DNA from: Fimbriimonadales bacterium
GTDB lineage: Bacteria; Armatimonadota; Fimbriimonadia; Fimbriimonadales; ATM1
Direction: 5' to 3'
Assembly (NCBI GenBank): GCA_041744215.1
Contig: JBGTLG010000026.1
Span: 15,598 to 79,597, forward strand
DNA length: 64,000 bases
Positions 9,688 through 19,263 of this stretch are shown piece by piece. The position numbers and the translations under genes are program-made. The notes under the pieces are model-generated. The model had not been told where the DNA came from. It did no database searches and saw only the letters and a list, made by a program, of their open reading frames with translations. Positions within the stretch are counted from its first letter, which is position 1, and each line of letters begins with the position of its first letter.

Positions 9688-9731
9688 AATGCTACTCCTG
9701 CGTTGGGAGGGATCCTCCCTCCCAACGGGCA

Positions 9732-11474
9732 TTACAGTTCACCGTCGAATACACCGGTGCTAAAGGCGCGGTACATCCCCGCATAGGTTCCGTTTCTCTC
9801 CAGAAGTTCTTCGTGTGAGCCCACTTCCACCGTTTGCCCCCGGTTGAGCACTACGATCTTGTCGGCTCTGGCCGCTGTGTTCAGACGGTGAGCGATGAGC
9901 AGAGTTGTTCGCTCCTGCATTGCATCAGACAGCGCCTCTTGAACCTTTCTCTCGCTCAGGGGGTCGAGGGAGGAGGTAGCTTCATCGAGGATGAGCAGCG
10001 TTGGATCGATTAGCAGCGCTCGAGCGATTGCGACACGCTGCATCTCTCCTCCGGACAGCCGAGTTCCGCGCTCCCCGAGCTTGGTGTCGTACTTGTCCGG
10101 GAGTTTGTCTATGAACTCATCCGCATGCGCCATCTTCGCAGCGCCCACAATCTCGTCGTCGGAAGCGTGCGGGTTTCCGTAGCCGAGATTTTCCCTTAGC
10201 GATGCAGCGAACAACATCGTTTGCTGCGGCACGACGCCAATGCGCTGCCTCAGCCAGTTTACGTCCAAGTCGCGAAGGTCGATGCCATCAAATGTGATCT
10301 TGCCTTCGGTGGGATCGTAGAAGCGGAGAATGAGGTCGGTTATCGTACTCTTGCCCGCCCCGCTCCTTCCGACAAGTGCGAGACTCTTTCCCGGTTCAAT
10401 AGCAAAGCTGACGTTTTCAAGCGCGAGAGTGCCGTCGGGATAGCGAAACGTGACTTCATGAAACTCGATCCGTCCTTGGGGAGACTCGATCACTTTGTTT
10501 TGTCGCGATTCGGGGAGGTCGGAACTTACGTCGAGCACCTCGCGATAGACTCTGTCGACAGCGGCAACAATCTGACTGTAAGTGTTTGCCAAGTTGCCCA
10601 ATCCATTGGCACCATTCTTAATCTTATCTAAAGTGAATCCAAACGCTAAAAGGTCCTTTATCGCCATCTCACCCTGTGAGATGAGCCAACCGCCAACAAA
10701 CATCGTTGCCGCAAGCGCAATTGCGCCGATTAGCTCTGTCGATGGTTTCAGCGCAGCGATGCGCCTTACCAGCGCCATGTTCTTTTCAAAATTGCGACGT
10801 AGCTGATTGCGAAATCTATGGACTTCTCGCTGCTCTGCGTTGAATGACTTCACAACCCTAACGGAGTTCAGCGACTCCTGCATCAAACTGGTCATCGAAG
10901 AAAGCTCGGACTGCACTTCGTCTTGCGCACGGCGCACCTTTTTCGCCGTTCTTCTTATCACGAACACAACAAACGGGAGAGCCAAGAGCGCGACGAAGGT
11001 GAGTTTCCAGCTTAGGATGAAGAGCGCAGCAATCCCTCCAACTACGAGAAGTGGCCCCGTGATCGCATCGCGAACGACGACGACGCCGTTCTGCACGACC
11101 ATCACATCATTCGTGATGACACTTTGGAGGGCGCCAACACGCTGGCGATTGAAGAATGAGATCGGGAGTGAGTGCAGTTTTTCAAACAGCTGCCCACGAA
11201 GATCTTCAGTAGTCGCTTGTGCAGCCTTGCTTAGAAAATATGTTTGGCCAAACGTGAAGATGTACTTGACGCTGTACACCACCACCACACCGATACAGAG
11301 CAGGCCGAGGAGCCTCGGATCGCTACGTTCGATCGCGTCGATCGTCCAGTAGATGAACGCAATCGATGATAGGTCAAGCAGGCTGCTAACGCCTGAGCAA
11401 ACAAGGCCGAGCAACAGCGCGCCGCGCTGTCGCTTGATTAGCGCAAGGAATCTGGGATCAAGCCTGCTTCGCAT
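9732..11474 (-). CDS. ABC transporter ATP-binding/permease (MsbA-like exporter)
   Basis: TM domain plus GRSGAGKST, LSGGEMQR, ILDEATSSLD, IAHRL; start placed at ATG 11474. Confidence 0.9.
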   Translation of the reverse strand: MRSRLDPRFLALIKRQRGALLLGLVCSGVSSLLDLSSIAFIYWTIDAIERSDPRLLGLLCIGVVVVYSVKYIFTFGQTYFLSKAAQATTEDLRGQLFEKLHSLPISFFNRQRVGALQSVITNDVMVVQNGVVVVRDAITGPLLVVGGIAALFILSWKLTFVALLALPFVVFVIRRTAKKVRRAQDEVQSELSSMTSLMQESLNSVRVVKSFNAEQREVHRFRNQLRRNFEKNMALVRRIAALKPSTELIGAIALAATMFVGGWLISQGEMAIKDLLAFGFTLDKIKNGANGLGNLANTYSQIVAAVDRVYREVLDVSSDLPESRQNKVIESPQGRIEFHEVTFRYPDGTLALENVSFAIEPGKSLALVGRSGAGKSTITDLILRFYDPTEGKITFDGIDLRDLDVNWLRQRIGVVPQQTMLFAASLRENLGYGNPHASDDEIVGAAKMAHADEFIDKLPDKYDTKLGERGTRLSGGEMQRVAIARALLIDPTLLILDEATSSLDPLSERKVQEALSDAMQERTTLLIAHRLNTAARADKIVVLNRGQTVEVGSHEELLERNGTYAGMYRAFSTGVFDGEL

Positions 11475-11490
11475 TAGGTGTACCGAAAGG

Positions 11491-12183
11491 CTACCCTTCG
11501 GCAAGCCCTCCGAATGTTCTCGTCCGACTTGCGTACACATCGCACGCGGCCTGCAGATCGTCCACAGTGAACTCTGGCCACGACTTTTCAACAACGACGA
11601 GCTCTGAGTATGCGCCTTGCCAGAGCAGGAAATTGCTCCACCGCATTTCGCCCGCAGTACGAATCAGCAAATCCGGCTCTGGAATATCTGCGTTGTATAG
11701 ACTCGAAGAGATTGCGTCTTCGCTCACGCTCGTCGCGCCATCTGCTATTAGGTGATTGACCGCATCGACAATCTCAGCCCGACCGCCGTAGTTGATGCAG
11801 AGCGTGAAGGTGATTCCTGTATTGTTCTTGGTCGTCTCCACGCCGCGCTCAAGCGCTTCACGCAATGAGTCGGGAACTTCGTGGATTCGTCCCGCGGTGC
11901 GGATACGAATGTTGTTTTGATGCATGACGCGCAGTTCGTCGATTGCCGCTTGCGTGATAAGTTGCATGAGACCATCAACTTCTTCCTTTGGCCGACGCCA
12001 ATTCTCCGCAGAGAAGGCGTAGACCGTCAGATAGCGAATGCCGAGCTTGTCGGCTGAAAGAATGATTTGACGGAGAGTGCGATAGCCTTCGCGGTGACCG
12101 ACTAAGCGTGGCAGTCCTCGCTCTTCGGCCCATCGGCCGTTTCCGTCCATGATGATGGCGACGTGCGCAGGTGGCAAAATCAT
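11491..12183 (-). CDS. uppS: Undecaprenyl diphosphate synthase
   Basis: HVAIIMDGNGRWA, YAFSAENW, NYGGR, DLLIRTAGE; start placed at ATG 12183. Confidence 0.93.
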   Translation of the reverse strand: MILPPAHVAIIMDGNGRWAEERGLPRLVGHREGYRTLRQIILSADKLGIRYLTVYAFSAENWRRPKEEVDGLMQLITQAAIDELRVMHQNNIRIRTAGRIHEVPDSLREALERGVETTKNNTGITFTLCINYGGRAEIVDAVNHLIADGATSVSEDAISSSLYNADIPEPDLLIRTAGEMRWSNFLLWQGAYSELVVVEKSWPEFTVDDLQAACDVYASRTRTFGGLAEG

Positions 12184-12283
12184 ATGCTGGAACCGTGAGC
12201 AAGATACCCCCAGCCACATTCGAGGCGATATTAACTCTAAGATATGGTAGTTATGGTTGGTGTTAGATGTAAGGGATAAGGCG

Positions 12284-12532
12284 ATGGAATACGATATGAA
12301 CACATTCGAGGGAGTGCTGAGATCTCTCGGGCTATCGGGGCGGGAGGCACGGGTAACTATCGAAGTTGTCAGTGGAAAACTTGACAAAGAGATTGCGCTT
12401 ACTCTCAGGCTATCCGTGAGAACTGTTAAGGAGTACGAACGAAGGGCCCGCCAAAAGTTGGGAGTTACGAATCGGGCAGGTCTGACATTTGCCGCGACAC
12501 TTGCGTACTTCCAGGTCGGGGTGAACAAGTAG
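12284..12532 (+). CDS. Stand-alone LuxR-type HTH protein
   Basis: LSGREARV...DKEIALTLRLSVRTVKEY...KLGV. Confidence 0.8.
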   Translation: MEYDMNTFEGVLRSLGLSGREARVTIEVVSGKLDKEIALTLRLSVRTVKEYERRARQKLGVTNRAGLTFAATLAYFQVGVNK

Positions 12533-12597
12533 ACGCATGTCGGCTGACCGAAAGGACGACTTGCATTCCAGGTTCTTCGTTGATACACTAAGTCGGT

Positions 12598-13173
12598 ATG
12601 TTGAGAGGGCGATCTTCTGTGATCGTAGCTGGCGCTTTGTTCGCGCTAGGATGGTTCGCCCTGCTCGGGGCGTTTGTGGCATCTCCCGGATTCAACCATC
12701 GTTACTCTATGCGATCGCACACTAATCTGAACAGCATCCAATTCGCTTACGATACTGCACGAGACCCAAGAATTGGGGACGTATTGGAACTCGGGGAATT
12801 GCCTGCGGCAAACAACGATCACCCGGGACCTGTGTTGATCGTAGCTATGGGTGATTGCCAAGGCTGTTCATCGAACGTGTTCAAACCGAACTTACTCGAA
12901 GTCGGATCCTACTCTCGTATAATACTAGTCCATTCCGGAGAGAAGGAGGAAAACTGGCGCCTTCGGGTCCCAGACGATGAGCGCTTCACCATCATCTCGG
13001 ATCCACGGAGAATGCTTCATTCTTCGCTCAACGCTGCCTGGACCCCTCGATTCTATATATGTTCTAACGACTTGACATTATTGGCCATTCAAACAACACC
13101 ATACGAAACTCCTGATTTTGTCGTCGTCCGCGAGAGCGATCGGGCTGTTGAGGTTGAGAATCATGCGAGATAG
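12598..13173 (+). CDS. Membrane-anchored thioredoxin/peroxiredoxin-like protein
   Basis: N-terminal TM; CQGC motif; ISDP...LNAAWTPRFY resembles the redoxin cis-Pro region. Confidence 0.55.
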   Translation: MLRGRSSVIVAGALFALGWFALLGAFVASPGFNHRYSMRSHTNLNSIQFAYDTARDPRIGDVLELGELPAANNDHPGPVLIVAMGDCQGCSSNVFKPNLLEVGSYSRIILVHSGEKEENWRLRVPDDERFTIISDPRRMLHSSLNAAWTPRFYICSNDLTLLAIQTTPYETPDFVVVRESDRAVEVENHAR

Positions 13174-13753
13174 CAGGGGGTTCACTATCACAGAACTCGT
13201 AGTGGGGGTCGCGATCATGATGCTGATGGCAGCCATAACAATTCCTGTCGCTTTCAAGGTAAAGGAGAAAGCATCCATCACAAACAGCATTAGCAATCTC
13301 CAACAGATCGGAATGGCGTTGAACATGTATAGGGCGTCCTACGACGGAGATGGTAAGTACGGATACTGGGCACAAATGGGCATGCCACCCCATGTGAGCA
13401 CACTGGTACCGACCGGCTACATTGAGTCTGGCCGCTTAGAGTGCACGGGCCTCCCCATTCCGACCAATCCCAACCGCGAAAGATATCATCCGGCATCGTG
13501 GAAAGCGGAAGACTGGAAGCACTTAGAATCAGAAGGTTTTCATCTAGAGTACTGGGGGCCGTATGTGGAGCGGTATCAAGAGAACGCGATAGCGGTATAC
13601 GATATTCACCATCCTCGCGACGGATTCTCAGGGATTCCGTATTCTCCAATGGACTCGTGGAGATCCATAGGGCTGTATCTTGCAGGCTCGGTCAAGGTCA
13701 GAGTTCGTGCAGGCGATCCTGAGCGGCGCAAGTGGTGGCATGACGATTGGTAA
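13163..13753 (+). CDS. Prepilin-type N-terminal cleavage/methylation protein
   Basis: RG|FTITELVVGVAI with E5; SNLQQIGMAL.MY (DUF1559-like motif). Confidence 0.85.
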   Translation: MRDSRGFTITELVVGVAIMMLMAAITIPVAFKVKEKASITNSISNLQQIGMALNMYRASYDGDGKYGYWAQMGMPPHVSTLVPTGYIESGRLECTGLPIPTNPNRERYHPASWKAEDWKHLESEGFHLEYWGPYVERYQENAIAVYDIHHPRDGFSGIPYSPMDSWRSIGLYLAGSVKVRVRAGDPERRKWWHDDW

Positions 13754-13783
13754 CGAGATGAGACAACAATAGGAGTCAATCGG

Positions 13784-14143
13784 ATGAAGAAGATGATTCG
13801 CAAGGTGACGTACTGCGTTATAGCTGGTGTTGTGCTTGGGACGATCCCTTCACTGCTCAATGCGCATGACTGTAATTCGCAAGCGGGGTGCCCTAATATT
13901 GAGTGTCCCGCATGGTGCACTGTGAGCCAAGAAGCGACTGTGGTGTGGAAATGCGTGACTTACGCCTCTACAACTACTCACTGCTGCGAGTGCAAATACA
14001 AGATCTACGCTTGCATCGGCACGGATTGCGGTAGCACGGGCAAGCGCGAATACCAGGGTAACTGGCGCAACCACCAAGGTCCCGGAATTTGTTCGGGAGA
14101 CAACTGCGTCGGTTACGATCCCAACGATCCGCCAGGTGGATAG
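13784..14143 (+). CDS. Secreted cysteine-rich small protein
   Basis: Signal peptide ending LNA; 12 Cys in the ~92-aa mature part; AGGAG RBS. Confidence 0.75.
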   Translation: MKKMIRKVTYCVIAGVVLGTIPSLLNAHDCNSQAGCPNIECPAWCTVSQEATVVWKCVTYASTTTHCCECKYKIYACIGTDCGSTGKREYQGNWRNHQGPGICSGDNCVGYDPNDPPGG

Positions 14144-14146
14144 TTG

Positions 14147-14779
14147 ATGCGCACTCTGCTGTTGTCTGGCCTTGTCACATTGCATCTTGCCGGGACGGCG
14201 CTCGTTGTGTACCTGTTGCTTCCCGTCGACTTGAAGTCAGAGGCGCGTAAGCTCATGCAAGCAAGTCTGACCGGCGATACAGGGACCATGTACCGATACT
14301 GCGCAAACCACGAACGAAAAGCAGGCGGCCTAACAGAAGAAAAGTGGAACAGGGTGTATAACGAAGTTGTGCGCCCTCGACTTCAACCATTAGAAGTTAA
14401 GAGCATCGCAGATCCTTGGGGTGACTCGGGGCCTTCGGGACAAGCAGGGGTTGATGCTGAATTGATCGACGATCGAGGTCGCGTTTATGGTTGGTCGGTG
14501 CAGTTGAATTCGTCTGATCACGGACCCGCAATGCTACTAATGGACATGGTGACTCAGACGTGGACCATCGAGTACATTCGAGTGCATGGATCGGCTCCCA
14601 GCGACGTGAAGAGCTTTTTCCAAGCGGGCCCCGACGGACTCGCGAAAGATCGCCCCTTGCTCGAATCAATCGGATTGACTGGGAAAGTCGGCACCGACCC
14701 AGAAAGTCCCGTCAAGACATGGGATGAACTGGAACAGTTTTACAGAAACATGATCGCATCCGCAGATTCCGAAGAATAA
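14147..14779 (+). CDS. Hypothetical membrane-anchored protein
   Basis: N-terminal hydrophobic helix; abuts the upstream gene. Confidence 0.65.
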   Translation: MRTLLLSGLVTLHLAGTALVVYLLLPVDLKSEARKLMQASLTGDTGTMYRYCANHERKAGGLTEEKWNRVYNEVVRPRLQPLEVKSIADPWGDSGPSGQAGVDAELIDDRGRVYGWSVQLNSSDHGPAMLLMDMVTQTWTIEYIRVHGSAPSDVKSFFQAGPDGLAKDRPLLESIGLTGKVGTDPESPVKTWDELEQFYRNMIASADSEE

Positions 14780-14782
14780 ACT

Positions 14783-15340
14783 CTAAACCTCCATCAATTC
14801 CGCGTCTTTCTTCTTTTGCAGATCATGGATTTCAGCGACAAACTTATCCGTTAACTTCTGGATCTCGTTCTCCAGCCGCTTCTTCTCATCTTCGCTCATT
14901 TCTTTGTCCTTCAGAGCTTTTTCGACATGGTGCAAGACATCGCGTCGAACGTTGCGAATCGCAACACATCCCTCTTCGCCTCGTGCGTGAACTTGCTTGA
15001 CCATCTCTTTGCGCCTATCCTCTGTCATCTGTGGGAAGTTCAATCGAATCCCTGTGCCGTCGTTGACAGGATTGATGCCCAGATCGCTTTTCATGATCGC
15101 TTTTTCAATCGCCGCAAACGCAGACTTATCGTAAGGCTTGATCAACAGTTGTCGCGGTTCGGGAACGCTGATGTCCGCAATTTGGTTGAGCGGGGTTTCG
15201 ACGCCGTAGTACTCAACGTGAACACGGTGAAGTACTTGTGGGTTTGCTCGTCCCGTCCGATAGCTCGCGAAATCTCGCTGCGTTGCTTCGACGGCATGTT
15301 CCATTCGGTTCTTTGCATCTTTGATGAATTGATCGGTCAT
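14783..15340 (-). CDS. frr: Ribosome recycling factor
   Basis: RTGRANP, VEYYG, SDLGINP, AIRNVRRD. Confidence 0.95.
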   Translation of the reverse strand: MTDQFIKDAKNRMEHAVEATQRDFASYRTGRANPQVLHRVHVEYYGVETPLNQIADISVPEPRQLLIKPYDKSAFAAIEKAIMKSDLGINPVNDGTGIRLNFPQMTEDRRKEMVKQVHARGEEGCVAIRNVRRDVLHHVEKALKDKEMSEDEKKRLENEIQKLTDKFVAEIHDLQKKKDAELMEV

Positions 15341-16071
15341 GATTCGCCTCCTACCCAAGTTCCGATTGTTTCGCCCATGACGGCTCTTCTCATCGCGCCT
15401 GCCTCCTGAAGGCTCAGGACGATGATCGGGAGACTGTGCTCCCGACAAAGCGTGAATGCGGTTTGATCCATCACCGCGAGTTGTTTGCTTATCGCCTCCT
15501 CGAAGGACACGGCGTCGTATCGCGCCGCGTCGTTATGTTTTCGTGGGTCCTTGTCGTAAACCCCGTCCACGCGCGTTGCCTTCACGACGGCCTGTGCGCC
15601 GATTTCAAGCGCGCGAAGCACTCCAGCAGTATCTGTTGTGAAAAATGGGTTTCCTGTGCCCGCTGCGAGGATGACGATGCGACCCTTCTCAAGGTGCCTC
15701 AATGCCCTTCGCCTGATGAACGGTTCACAGACAGCTTGGACATTGATCGCGCTCATGAGCCGCGAGGCAACGCCAAGCCTCTCGATGGCCTCCTGCAGAG
15801 CCACTCCGTTGATAATCGTCCCGAGCATCCCCATGCTATCTGCGACGGCTTGGTCCATGCCCCCTGCTTCGTGCAAGATTCGACCTCTGACGAAGTTGCC
15901 GCCACCGACTACGACCGCAGCCTGAACGCCCGCCTTGTGGACGGCGACGACCTCCTCGGCGATGTATCTGGCGGCACTGGGGTCGATGCCTTGACCCTGC
16001 TCACCAGCGAGAGCCTCTCCGGAGAGCTTCAGGAGGACTCGGTCTAGCTTCTTTCGGAGAACGGGGATCAT
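15337..16071 (-). CDS. pyrH: UMP kinase
   Basis: LKLSGEAL, GGGNF, GTGNPFFTTD, DGVYDKDP. Confidence 0.95.
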   Translation of the reverse strand: MIPVLRKKLDRVLLKLSGEALAGEQGQGIDPSAARYIAEEVVAVHKAGVQAAVVVGGGNFVRGRILHEAGGMDQAVADSMGMLGTIINGVALQEAIERLGVASRLMSAINVQAVCEPFIRRRALRHLEKGRIVILAAGTGNPFFTTDTAGVLRALEIGAQAVVKATRVDGVYDKDPRKHNDAARYDAVSFEEAISKQLAVMDQTAFTLCREHSLPIIVLSLQEAGAMRRAVMGETIGTWVGGES

Positions 16072-16198
16072 GGGTGGCGGTAAGTCTACTCCACGGAAGC
16101 GGCGCACTCGCCAGTACCAATACTGGGTTGACGCTGGACAACATTTCCAGTACACTGAAACTGGTGCCTGGATTCAACCAGGCGCGAAAGGAGGCACT

Positions 16199-17044
16199 AT
16201 GAGATTCGTTCTTGCTATCGTAGCCATTGCGACGGTCGGGTCGGCAAATGCCCAGCTAATCGTCGGCAACGATCAGTCGGGTACTGCTTCGATCTTTATG
16301 GTCGATGTCGCGACCGGCGTCGCAACACCTCTCTACTCGAGTTCAACTACAGCCGCAAAACCTTGGGGCATGGCTGCAGACAACGTGAACGGGATCCTCT
16401 ATTGGAATAACGGCGGAAATCTGTTCCAAGCGTCGTTCGCCGACCTGCTGGGCGGAACTGCGAACCCGACGTCGATCGCGATGACGTTCAATGGCGCGTC
16501 CGTCAACTACGTTGGCCTCGGCTACAACCCGGCCACCGGAAAGCTGCTGGGGACTCGCAACATCGCGACAGAGGCAGTGTACGAGATCGATCCCGCGACT
16601 GGCGTCTCGACACAGTTGTATGTTTACAACTCTGCGTTCGATCATGGTGGACTTGACTTTGACGACGCTACCGGCAAGCTGTACGGCTTATCGGACACCG
16701 CGCCCGCGGGTCTCGTTCGCGGGCTGTATCACATCGACTATGTCGGAATGACGGAGATATTCATCTCGGGTTATCCCGCGGGAGAGACCGATATCGACGG
16801 ACTCGCCGTTGGCGGGGGTCGGGCGTACTACGTTACCGATGGGCCAAACACGACCCAGGCGAATTTCTACGTCGTCGACATTGCATCAGGGGCTCACCTC
16901 GGCACGCTGCCGTCACCGTTCACAGGCAGCGGGACGTTCAGCGCCGCGGCTTGGGCGCCGGGTCTGGTTCCAGAGCCGGCGACGATGCTTGTCCTCGGTG
17001 CCGGTCTCGCCGCGCTTGCAGCACGACGTCGACGAAGGCAGTAG
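16199..17044 (+). CDS. PEP-CTERM surface protein with beta-propeller-like repeats
   Basis: Signal peptide; VPEPATM plus TM helix plus RRRRR tail. Confidence 0.88.
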   Translation: MRFVLAIVAIATVGSANAQLIVGNDQSGTASIFMVDVATGVATPLYSSSTTAAKPWGMAADNVNGILYWNNGGNLFQASFADLLGGTANPTSIAMTFNGASVNYVGLGYNPATGKLLGTRNIATEAVYEIDPATGVSTQLYVYNSAFDHGGLDFDDATGKLYGLSDTAPAGLVRGLYHIDYVGMTEIFISGYPAGETDIDGLAVGGGRAYYVTDGPNTTQANFYVVDIASGAHLGTLPSPFTGSGTFSAAAWAPGLVPEPATMLVLGAGLAALAARRRRRQ

Positions 17045-17063
17045 TCAGTCGAAGTGTGACAAG

Positions 17064-17105
17064 AAAAGAGGCTCCGAGGATCAACTCCTCGGAGCCTCGC
17101 TTTTC
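17064..17105. terminator. Bidirectional intrinsic terminator
   Basis: gaggctccgagga-tcaac-tcctcggagcctc flanked by an A-run and a T-run. Confidence 0.75.
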
Positions 17106-17112
17106 GCACAAG

Positions 17113-17979
17113 TTAGGCTTTCGCGCTGATGGGCTGCTTCCCAGCTTCTAGGCGCACGAACTCGACGACGGTGACGTCGCCACCTTGCTCCTTCAGTATT
17201 TCGCCGACCTTGCGGCTCAGCTCGGCGTACCAGGGCTGCTCTAAGAGGACTACCTGCTGCAGGAACTCCTTGCCAACCTTGCCTTGGGCGATTTTCTCAG
17301 CGATCTCCTCAGACTTGCCCGAGTCGAGCGCAGCCTGCTTTTCGATCGCCAACTCTTTGCTCAGTCGCTCCTGGTCAACGTTGTCTTTAGAGATGTACTC
17401 TGGCGAGAACGCGACGATTTGCGTCCCAACCTTGTTGGCCAATTCCTGTTTGCCGTTCCCGCCGGCGCTCAGCACAACAATTCCGGCTTTCGCCTTATCA
17501 TGATGCAGGTACACGCCAACGCCTTCACCTTCAACACGGATGACCGAGCCGAGTTGAATGTTCTCCCGGATTTTGCCGACGGCATCTTCGACCAACTCCT
17601 TCGCAGAGCGTCCGTCAATCACGGCAGCCGAGGGGTCGTCGCCAGGCGGGTTTGCAACGAAGTGGTCGGCCAATCTCTGCGCGAGCGCCTGGAAGTCCTC
17701 GTTTCGAGCGACGAAGTCAGTCTCGCACAGCAGCGACACTGCTGCCGCGGCTTTTTCGCCCCGTGCAACTGCGATCACTCCGTGGGCAGTCTCGCGATCT
17801 GCTCTCTTGCCTGCGGCCATCTTTCCGGCCTCGCGAAGGATCTCTTTTCCTCGGGCCACCAGATCGTCGTCTCCTTGGACGCCTTCGCTCTCGGCTTGCT
17901 CAAGCGCTCTCTTGCACTCCATCATAGGAGCGTCCGTTTCTTCTCGTAGTCGTTTTACTAATGCTGCAGATATGGGCAT
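17113..17979 (-). CDS. tsf: Elongation factor Ts
   Basis: VKRLREET, MMECKRAL, CETDFVA. Confidence 0.95.
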   Translation of the reverse strand: MPISAALVKRLREETDAPMMECKRALEQAESEGVQGDDDLVARGKEILREAGKMAAGKRADRETAHGVIAVARGEKAAAAVSLLCETDFVARNEDFQALAQRLADHFVANPPGDDPSAAVIDGRSAKELVEDAVGKIRENIQLGSVIRVEGEGVGVYLHHDKAKAGIVVLSAGGNGKQELANKVGTQIVAFSPEYISKDNVDQERLSKELAIEKQAALDSGKSEEIAEKIAQGKVGKEFLQQVVLLEQPWYAELSRKVGEILKEQGGDVTVVEFVRLEAGKQPISAKA

Positions 17980-17982
17980 GGG

Positions 17983-18864
17983 TCAGTCCTCTTCTTCGTC
18001 CTTTGCTCGGGCTCGGCTTCTTGAGCGGTCGGCGCCTTCCAGGTCTTCTTCGAGCTGATACTTTTTGAGCATCTCCAGTTCCATCTCGCCGAGCGGAACT
18101 GCTTCTGGCTCTTCTTCCACGGGTACGGCCACGGCTTCCTCGACAGGTTCGCCCTCGATTTCGGCTTCGCCGGCGATTGCGTCGACTGGCCGAAGCTCAA
18201 GGATCAGATCGGCGATCTTGCCGCTAATCAGGCGTACGGCCCGGATCGCGTCGTCGTTTCCAGGGATCACGTAGTCCGCATCGTCAGGATCACAATTAGT
18301 GTCGACGATGGCGACGATCGGAATCTTCAGTGTTCGAGCTTCCTGAACCGCTATAGCTTCCTTCTTGAGGTCGACGATGAACATGAGGTCGGGCTGACCA
18401 TTGATGTCCTTGATACCGTCGAAGTATCGGTGCAGCCGCTCGAGTTCCTTGAGGCGCATCATCATCTCTTTCTTCGTGAGGCGGGCCAAGTAGCCTTCCT
18501 CCTTCATGCGATCGAGCTCTTTCATGCGGGCAAGGCGCCCCTGCATCGTCTTCCAATTGGTAAGCAGACCGCCCATCCAACGCTCGGAGACGTATGGCAT
18601 CTTGCAGCGTGTCGCTGCCTCGCGAATCGCTCCCTCGGTCTGCTTCTTCGTGCCGACAAAGAGAACGCTCCCGCCACCTTCGATGGTTTCCCGGACCTTC
18701 GCCATCGCGTCCTCAAACAGCTTGATGGTTTGATGCAGATCGATGATGTAGATGCCGTTGCGCGCGCCGTAGATGTATCGCTTCATTTTCGGGTTCCACC
18801 GGCGCGTGGCGTGCCCGAAGTGAACTCCTGCTTCGAGGAGTTCCCTCATAGTTAAGGGTGTCAA
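17983..18864 (-). CDS. rpsB: 30S ribosomal protein S2
   Basis: [37 protein letters not shown]. Confidence 0.97.
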   Translation of the reverse strand: MTPLTMRELLEAGVHFGHATRRWNPKMKRYIYGARNGIYIIDLHQTIKLFEDAMAKVRETIEGGGSVLFVGTKKQTEGAIREAATRCKMPYVSERWMGGLLTNWKTMQGRLARMKELDRMKEEGYLARLTKKEMMMRLKELERLHRYFDGIKDINGQPDLMFIVDLKKEAIAVQEARTLKIPIVAIVDTNCDPDDADYVIPGNDDAIRAVRLISGKIADLILELRPVDAIAGEAEIEGEPVEEAVAVPVEEEPEAVPLGEMELEMLKKYQLEEDLEGADRSRSRARAKDEEED

Positions 18865-18945
18865 TTGTTGCTCCTAGGGTTTTTCCTCCGGCCTCAACGC
18901 ACCCCTTCTCGGGGCACCCTCGGAAGGCGAGGCCGTGTGAGATGA
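18865..18945 (-). promoter_or_regulatory. Probable structured rpsB leader (S2 autoregulatory element)
   Basis: Nested stems in the 5' UTR (CACACGGCCUC...GGGUGCCCC-GAGAA-GGGG...GAGGCCG) resembling rpsB leaders. Confidence 0.5.
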
Positions 18946-19044
18946 GGCTATTTTACCCCCGAAACCAGCCCTTCAGGTTTGCGGATAATCGACCGATCTG
19001 GTATACTGCGCGTCCGCCTCGAACCTGGCAAGGAGAAAGTAGTC

Positions 19045-19215
19045 TTGATCGAAGTCATCGTTCAATCGAACGAAAGCATAGATAGCGCCCTGAAGAGATT
19101 CAACCAGCGAATCCAGCAGAGCGGCGTTTTGCGCCAGCTGAAAGAGCACATGCACTACGAGAAGCCCAGCGACAAACGACGCCGGATGAAGCGTCGAAGT
19201 CGGTCTCGCCGCTAG
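19045..19215 (+). CDS. rpsU: 30S ribosomal protein S21
   Basis: ESIDSALKRF, HYEKPS; TTG start after AGGAG. Confidence 0.93.
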   Translation: MIEVIVQSNESIDSALKRFNQRIQQSGVLRQLKEHMHYEKPSDKRRRMKRRSRSRR

Positions 19216-19263
19216 ATTTCCAAGTCCCTGTGGTCTGCCGCCGACCCGAATCGGAGGCAACCT

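Noticed and set aside
12184-12588. N-terminal extension of UppS
   Set aside because: It is antisense to the LuxR ORF; UppS homology starts at 12183
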